Origin: Thermovirgaceae bacterium
GTDB taxonomy: Bacteria > Synergistota > Synergistia > Synergistales > Thermovirgaceae
Length of the DNA: 64,000 bases
Assembly (NCBI GenBank): GCA_040767805.1
Contig: JAXGNU010000002.1
Location: 1 to 64,000 of the forward strand
Direction: 5' to 3'
Within the stretch, counting starts at the first letter, position 1. Each line of letters opens with the position of its first letter. Of this stretch, positions 58,484 through 64,000 are shown in pieces. The notes under the pieces were generated by a model. That model saw nothing but the letters and a program-made list of their open reading frames with translations, searched no databases and was not told where the DNA came from. The translations under genes were made by a program, and so were the position numbers.

Positions 58484-59332
58484 TCAGAAGGGCGACCTCT
58501 TCAAAACGACCACCCTGGCGCTTCCCCGTAGGTCACTGACCACGGACAGGACCGTCATCACTCCCCGGGTCATCGAAATCAACTCCTCCGCCTGCTCGCC
58601 GCCTCCCATCTCGAGGACGAGAGTCCCCCCCGGCGCGAGGGCCGCCGTCGCCCACCGTGCCAGGGCCCGGTAATGGTCGAACCCGTCCTCGCCGCCATCG
58701 AGGGCGCAGGGGGGCTCGTAACGGCTTACTTCGGGCATCAGGTCCGGGATCACCCCGGTGGGGATGTAAGGGGGGTTGCTGATGATCATCCCGAAGCCGC
58801 CCGGCGGCATGGGGATCCTTTCAAAGGACGGGCTGTGGCAGAGAAGGCACCTTCCCAGGAGGCCCATTTCCTTGAAGTTCTTCCATGCCCAGGCGATGGC
58901 CCTGGGGCTGTCGTCTACGGCTACGCACCTGCTTTCGGGGTTCTCGAGCAGTATCGAGGCGGCGATGCATCCCGAACCGGTGCCCCAGTCCAGGAAAGTC
59001 CCCTCCCGGAAGTACTTCCTGCTTTCCAGCACGAGCAGTTCCGTCTCGGGGCGGGGGACCAGGCAACCCGGGCCGACCCGAAAAGTTCGGCCCATGAATT
59101 CGCAGACACCGGTTATGTACTGAAGGGGTTCCCTGGCAACCCTCCTTTCCAGGGCTTCCGCCAGGACCGGGAGGAGGCCGTCGGGGAAAAGCCTTTCCGG
59201 GTGGGCCAAGAGGCTGGCCCGCTCCCACCCCGTGATGTGGCGGATCAGGAGGTCGGCCTCGAGCCGGGGGCTCTCGACCCCGGCCTCGGCCAGTCTTGCG
59301 GCGGTTTCTTTTCTTACTTCCCGAAGGTTCAA
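58484..59332 (-). CDS. prmC: Release factor glutamine methyltransferase
   Basis: EPLQYI.G, PRPETE, D.GTGSG, NPPY; follows prfA. Confidence 0.94.
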   Translation of the reverse strand: MNLREVRKETAARLAEAGVESPRLEADLLIRHITGWERASLLAHPERLFPDGLLPVLAEALERRVAREPLQYITGVCEFMGRTFRVGPGCLVPRPETELLVLESRKYFREGTFLDWGTGSGCIAASILLENPESRCVAVDDSPRAIAWAWKNFKEMGLLGRCLLCHSPSFERIPMPPGGFGMIISNPPYIPTGVIPDLMPEVSRYEPPCALDGGEDGFDHYRALARWATAALAPGGTLVLEMGGGEQAEELISMTRGVMTVLSVVSDLRGSARVVVLKRSPF

Positions 59333-59335
59333 GGC

Positions 59336-60415
59336 TCAGCCTTCCATGGATCTCAACTTCTCCGCCTGGTCTGCCATGACCAGGGCGCTTATCATTTCCT
59401 GGAGGTCCCCTTCGAGCATGCTGTCCAGCCGGTGAAGGGTCAGGCCGATGCGATGGTCGGTCACCCGATTCTGGGGGAAGTTGTAGGTGCGAATCCTCTC
59501 GGACCTTTCACCCGTCCCGACCTGCCCCTTCCGTTCGGCGGCCATCTTCTCCTGCTGTTGCCTGAGTTCGAGGTCGTAAAGCTTGGCCCTCAAGAAATTC
59601 ATGGCCCTGATGCGGTTCTTGATCTGCGACCTTTCGTCCTGGCACGTAACGACAAGGCCGGTGGGAAGGTGGGTTATCCTGACGGCGGAGTCGGTCATGT
59701 TCACGTGCTGTCCCCCCGCCCCGCTGGCCCGATAGGTGTCGATCTTGAGGTCTTCCTGCCTGACCTCGACGTCGACGTCCTCGGCCTCGGGAAGCACCGC
59801 CACCGTCGCGGTGGAAGTATGGATCCTCCCGCTCGATTCGGTCACGGGGACCCTCTGGACCCTGTGGACGCCGCTTTCGAATTTGAGCTGGCTGTAAGCT
59901 CCTTGGCCGTCGATCCTGAAGACGACCTCCTTGTAACCGCCGATACCGGTCTCGTTGGTGTTCAGGACCTCGATGCCCCACCCGTTGTTCTCGGCGAAGA
60001 GGGAGTACATCCGGAAAAGATTCCCCGCGAAAAGGGCGGCCTCTTCGCCCCCGGCTCCAGCCCTTATCTCCACGATGACGCTTTTGTCATCGTTGGGGTC
60101 CTTAGGCAATAGGAGGACTTGAAGCCGCGACTCCAGTTCCTCCATTTTCGGCTCGAGTTCGCGCGTCTCTTCCCGGGCCAGTTCACTGAGTTCGGGGTCC
60201 CCGGAATGGGTGAGTTCCCTGGCTTCTTCCAGCCTGGTCCGGGTATCCTTGTATTCCCTGTAGACCTCCACTATGTCAATGATCTCGGAGCGTTTTTTCC
60301 CGAGCCGCTGGAGCTCTCCCGGGTTCGAAGCTGCCGAGGGCTCGGACATCCTGCGTTCGATCTCCTCGAGGGATCTTTCGAGTTCGTCCAGCTTCCCATC
60401 CATATTCATCATCAA
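59336..60415 (-). CDS. prfA: Peptide chain release factor 1
   Basis: [13 protein letters not shown] specificity motif, [11 protein letters not shown]. Confidence 0.97.
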   Translation of the reverse strand: MMMNMDGKLDELERSLEEIERRMSEPSAASNPGELQRLGKKRSEIIDIVEVYREYKDTRTRLEEARELTHSGDPELSELAREETRELEPKMEELESRLQVLLLPKDPNDDKSVIVEIRAGAGGEEAALFAGNLFRMYSLFAENNGWGIEVLNTNETGIGGYKEVVFRIDGQGAYSQLKFESGVHRVQRVPVTESSGRIHTSTATVAVLPEAEDVDVEVRQEDLKIDTYRASGAGGQHVNMTDSAVRITHLPTGLVVTCQDERSQIKNRIRAMNFLRAKLYDLELRQQQEKMAAERKGQVGTGERSERIRTYNFPQNRVTDHRIGLTLHRLDSMLEGDLQEMISALVMADQAEKLRSMEG

Positions 60416-61350
60416 TTTTCACCTTCCATGGGGCGCCTCGGGACATCCTCCCCCTCGAGGGCGAGGTCCAGCGCCGCCAAAGCCACTTCAATCTGCCCCA
60501 GGTCCGGCTCCCTCGTGGTCAGGTACTGCAGCCAGAGCGCCGGGGCCATCAGGACCCTCCCCAGGGTGCCGCTCTTCGAGCACCACCGGATCACCTCGTA
60601 GGAAACGCCTATCACTACGGGCAGGAGCAACAGCCTCGAGGTGACACGCCACAGTAAGGTCCCCCGTCCGGCCGCGGCGAAGACCAGGACGCTCACGGCG
60701 ACCACCACCAGGAGAAAGGAGGTGCCGCAACGGGAGTGTATCCTGGAAAACCGGGACACCTGTTCCTTCTCGAGCGGGGCTCCCGACTCCCAGGCGTTTA
60801 TGGTCTTGTGTTCCGCCCCGTGGTAGGCGAACACCCTGGCGATATCCTTCCAAAGCCCTATGATGGCGATGTAGGCCACGAAGAGCGCGGCCCTGGCCGC
60901 CCCTTCCATGATGTTCCCCCAAAAAGGGCTCATACTCAGGTACTTGACCCCCAGGTCGGAGGCCCAGACGGGGAGCAATATGAAGAGCCCCACTACCCCG
61001 AGCAGGGCCACGGCGAAGGTGGCGATCAGCTCGAGGGAGCCTATCTTCTCGTCCTCGCCCAACGCTACCTGGGCCGAAAGGGAAATGGCCCTGAAACCGG
61101 TGACGAGCATCTCGGCCATCGTCGCAAAACCGCGGAGGACCGGGAGGTTCCAGGGGAAGGGGGAGTTCCAGGGCAGGGATTCCCATTTCTTCTTCCAGAT
61201 GTCCCCTCCGGGGGCTCTCACGGCCAGGGCCCAGCTGCCGGGCCCCCTCATGAGAACACCCTCGATGACAGCCTGGCCCCCGACGGGTATCTCCCTGGCC
61301 GAAAGAAGATAGGCCAGGACGAGGGAAAGGGAATGAAGGGCTTTTAGCAT
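60412..61350 (-). CDS. DUF1385 membrane protein
   Basis: [22 protein letters not shown] and LQYLTTREP motifs; upstream of prfA. Confidence 0.88.
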   Translation of the reverse strand: MLKALHSLSLVLAYLLSAREIPVGGQAVIEGVLMRGPGSWALAVRAPGGDIWKKKWESLPWNSPFPWNLPVLRGFATMAEMLVTGFRAISLSAQVALGEDEKIGSLELIATFAVALLGVVGLFILLPVWASDLGVKYLSMSPFWGNIMEGAARAALFVAYIAIIGLWKDIARVFAYHGAEHKTINAWESGAPLEKEQVSRFSRIHSRCGTSFLLVVVAVSVLVFAAAGRGTLLWRVTSRLLLLPVVIGVSYEVIRWCSKSGTLGRVLMAPALWLQYLTTREPDLGQIEVALAALDLALEGEDVPRRPMEGEN

Positions 61351-62039
61351 CCGGAGAGGACCTCTTCCATGCTTGAAAAGGGTCTCCCGCAGGGTCTGCT
61401 CTCAAAGCAGCGACCCTTGGTAAGGCAATCGGGGCCCGCCAGCGAAAAAAGCACGGGCGCCTTCTCCCTTGCCAGGATCAGCATCCTGCGGGCGAGATCC
61501 CGGATCTCCCACTGGGACCTGCGGCAGAGGCGCACCGAGAAGAAATGATGCAGTTCGCGGGCGTTCATCGTCACAACCATCTTCGTGGCCCAACCATGGG
61601 GGAGGATATACCGGGCGTCCTCGGCGGGTATACCGGAGCCGATCATCTTCCCGTAAGCGTCGTGGGCCTCAGCGGCGACCCTCGTGAAAAGGGCCAGGGC
61701 CTCCCGGTTGGAGGACAGGGACGGAGGGGTTATCACTTCCGGTTCTTCCATGGTAACGTAACGCTGGCTCTGCTGGGAATAGCTGGCCATCCTGTGCCTG
61801 ACCAGCTGGTGGGAACAGACCCTGCTGATCCCGTCGATGGCGAAAGTGAAGGACGCGTGCTCGAAGGGGGAGAGGTGCCCCGAGGACCTCAGGTGGCCGA
61901 TAAATCGGGATACATCCTCTTCCCTGAAGCCTTCGGCAATCTCCACGGCGGAGGCGTCGCTGTAGCATAGCCTCGCGGCGGCGGCTACGGTCCTGTCGGG
62001 TTCGGGGGTGTTCGCCAACAGCAGGACACCGATCGGCAT
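61344..62039 (-). CDS. thyX: FAD-dependent thymidylate synthase
   Basis: H.SPFEH, RHRMASYSQQSQR, N.REL.HF, QWEIR. Confidence 0.95.
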   Translation of the reverse strand: MPIGVLLLANTPEPDRTVAAAARLCYSDASAVEIAEGFREEDVSRFIGHLRSSGHLSPFEHASFTFAIDGISRVCSHQLVRHRMASYSQQSQRYVTMEEPEVITPPSLSSNREALALFTRVAAEAHDAYGKMIGSGIPAEDARYILPHGWATKMVVTMNARELHHFFSVRLCRRSQWEIRDLARRMLILAREKAPVLFSLAGPDCLTKGRCFESRPCGRPFSSMEEVLSGC

Positions 62040-62063
62040 GGATTCACCTCTTACGTGCGGCTG

Positions 62064-62312
62064 TCAGTCCTTCTTCTCTTCTTCCTCGACCTCCGGGATC
62101 TTTCCAAAGCGGGTACCAGCGTACTTCCTCTGGAACTTTTCTACCCTGCCGGCCTCGGACACCCTGGTACCCCGTTTACCCGTAAATACCGGGTGGCAGG
62201 CGGAACAGACGGCTACCTTTATCTCCTCGACCGTGGAACCGGTAACGAAGGAGTTCCCGCAGGCGCAGGTCACCTTGCATTCACCGTACTTCGGGTGGAT
62301 ATCCTTTTTCAC
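62064..62312 (-). CDS. rpmE: 50S ribosomal protein L31 (Zn-binding type)
   Basis: [29 protein letters not shown] start after GGAGG. Confidence 0.95.
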   Translation of the reverse strand: MKKDIHPKYGECKVTCACGNSFVTGSTVEEIKVAVCSACHPVFTGKRGTRVSEAGRVEKFQRKYAGTRFGKIPEVEEEEKKD

Positions 62313-62359
62313 TGAGCGCACCTCCAAGGGAAAACTTTCTTTTCTTGCCACAAGGAAGG

Positions 62360-62388
62360 AATGTAACACAGGGCTCCGGAAAATACAA
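62360..62388 (-). promoter_or_regulatory. Promoter for the rpmE operon
   Basis: TTGTAT-17 nt-TACATT with extended TG. Confidence 0.55.
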
Positions 62389-62407
62389 TAAGGACGGTCT
62401 TCGATGG

Positions 62408-62956
62408 TCAGATATGCATTACCCCCAGCCCGCACCGCTCATGGTGGGCGACGGCATGGTAGGCCGAATCGCCGACAACCGCTACCGCGATCCAGTGCCT
62501 GTTCCGGACGATGCCGATCTTCATGCCAATGCTCGTCTCCAGCATACCAACCGAGATGAACCCGTTCATGGCCTCAAAGGCGGCATGCATCAGGGCGTGC
62601 ATCTCGTTGGAATTTTTCCGGACTATCTCACCGTTCAGGGCGGCCCCGACGACGGCCCTGGTGATCTTCTGGGGGAGATCCCCGGCCAGGCCGCCGACCT
62701 CGGTCGCCACGGCCTTCCAGCCGAACCCGGCGATCTGTTCCTTGAGGACCCTCTCCTCTTCCGGCCCCGTGGTGGAAGCGAGGATGAGGGCGGACCGGCC
62801 TATCTGGCTGTCGTCGGTGAGGGTGACGGTCACCGACAGTTCCATTACCTTCCGCCCGGGGGCTGTTTCGTCACCGTGAGTGCTCAGGGGCGCCCGGTCG
62901 GGTGCCTCTTCCTGTTCGGTTACGTTTTTCCTTGTCGAACCCCAAAAGTCCCGCAT
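62408..62956 (-). CDS. hutP: HutP family RNA-binding antiterminator (start 62956 or 62845)
   Basis: IGR.A..LA, AA....[17 protein letters not shown]...WIAVA..G......HER.GLG..HI. Confidence 0.85.
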   Translation of the reverse strand: MRDFWGSTRKNVTEQEEAPDRAPLSTHGDETAPGRKVMELSVTVTLTDDSQIGRSALILASTTGPEEERVLKEQIAGFGWKAVATEVGGLAGDLPQKITRAVVGAALNGEIVRKNSNEMHALMHAAFEAMNGFISVGMLETSIGMKIGIVRNRHWIAVAVVGDSAYHAVAHHERCGLGVMHI

Positions 62957-63114
62957 TATCGTTAAAACCCTTCCTCCCCTACCGCGTGGGGGCCAGAGGC
63001 CCGACACTCGGGCTCGTCGAAGTTGTTCATTGTAAGTATATACTAATAGGGTCCGAGCGAGTAATATGGATCATCATGGGCCGATCACGGCCGAAGAGAC
63101 CTGCGGGGGTGAAC

Positions 63115-63143
63115 TTGAACCCTTCTTGCTTTTTGTTTAAAAT
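63115..63143 (+). promoter_or_regulatory. Promoter for the TAXI gene
   Basis: TTGAAC-17 nt-TAAAAT. Confidence 0.65.
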
Positions 63144-63267
63144 TGAGGCCGCATTGAATCGCCCTATGAGCAGTCCTCCAGGGAGGTGATTTCAAGATCC
63201 AGCCTTGCGGGACCTGTCAAAGGTACGGAACTCGATACCTGATCACAAAAGAGGAGGCGATCGTTCC

Positions 63268-64000
63268 ATGAAAAAGATCTTCGCGCTAGCGCTGGTTATG
63301 GTTATGGCCCTGGCGGCGGGAGCTTCGGCCCAGACCTTCCTCTCCCTTGCCACGGGAGGCACAGGCGGGACCTATTATCCCATCGGCGGCGGCATGGCCG
63401 ACGTGATCAGCAAGGCCCTCCCGGACGTCCAGATGACCGCCGAGACGGGCAACGCGTCCCAGGCCAACCTTAACCTGATCGGCACCCACCAGATCGAGAT
63501 GGCCATGGTCCAGAACGACGTCGCTGCCTTCGCCTACGAGGGCAAGTTCATGTTCCAGACGCCCTACAAGAACGTCCGCGCCATTGCTTCCCTCTATCCG
63601 GAGACAGTCCAGGCCATCGCCATGAAGAAGTCAGGTGTGACATCCATCCGTGACCTGCCCGGTAAGAGAGTCTCCGTCGGGGCGCCCGGTTCCGGTGTCC
63701 AGGTCGACGTCTCCCTCATTTTCAAAACACTGGGCTACAAGTACTCCGATGTCAACGCCGACTTCCTCGATTTCAACCTGACCACCGAGAGGATGAAGGA
63801 CGGGCAGCTGGATGTCGGCTTTGTCGTCGCCGGTTACCCCACGGCTTCGATAATGGACCTTGCCACCCTGCATGACATGACCCTCATCGAGTTTGACGAC
63901 GCCATGATCGAAGAGCTTCATGCCCAGTACCCCTTCTTCGTCAAGGACGTCGTCCCAGCCGGCACCTACAGGGGAGTCGACAAGGACGTCCAGACCGTGG
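63268..64000 (+). CDS. TAXI-family TRAP transporter solute-binding protein (3' partial; absent from the ORF track)
   Basis: GAGGAGG RBS; MKKIFALALV signal peptide; ATGGTGGTYYPIG, S..N, QND, LYPE, GAPGSG. Confidence 0.92.
   Translation, partial: MKKIFALALVMVMALAAGASAQTFLSLATGGTGGTYYPIGGGMADVISKALPDVQMTAETGNASQANLNLIGTHQIEMAMVQNDVAAFAYEGKFMFQTPYKNVRAIASLYPETVQAIAMKKSGVTSIRDLPGKRVSVGAPGSGVQVDVSLIFKTLGYKYSDVNADFLDFNLTTERMKDGQLDVGFVVAGYPTASIMDLATLHDMTLIEFDDAMIEELHAQYPFFVKDVVPAGTYRGVDKDVQTV

Noticed and set aside
58673..60112. Long antisense ORFs (e.g. 479 aa opposite prfA/prmC, 324 aa opposite phoH)
   Set aside because: Typical shadow ORFs of high-GC coding sequence
63060..63110. Glycine riboswitch (GCCGAAG motif)
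   Set aside because: Lies upstream of the predicted promoter and lacks the GGAGA and CUCUCAGG elements

Overview
GC-rich bacterial chromosomal segment, most consistent with a Synergistota (Synergistaceae-like) amino-acid fermenter. This is inferred from the gene content and Firmicutes-like gene order, not from a search. Most of it is housekeeping DNA in two long minus-strand runs: hutP-rpmE-thyX-DUF1385-prfA-prmC-trxB-pfkB-ywlE-M48-dnaX-dnaE-mtrB-pyk-nudix-nfo-racemase-cdaA-cdaR-glmM-galU-(glmS ribozyme)-glmS, and tRNA-Gln-glmU-prs-rplY-pth-mfd-mazG-oadA-like-nifU-phoH-pgpH-ybeY-corC-like-cdd-era-recO-glyQS-ppsR-ppdK-dgt. The plus strand carries a DUF3798 ABC transporter with pepV, PBP1A, a PerR-like gene with two hypothetical genes, and a partial TAXI binding protein. 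The most unusual part is 7.1-9.5 kb. It holds a 16S-tRNA-Ile-tRNA-Ala unit that ends without 23S/5S, and the 16S has an ~88-nt insertion at the tip of helix 44. Just downstream is an unannotated ~215-nt candidate small RNA with its own promoter, a perfect 15-bp closing stem, six GAAGU repeats and a terminator-like hairpin. Other oddities are orphan TRAP and HutP RNA-binding proteins, a PfkB protein with a degenerate ATP site, and a thioredoxin reductase fused to a cysteine-free thioredoxin-like domain. No CRISPR array, integrase or transposase was seen.
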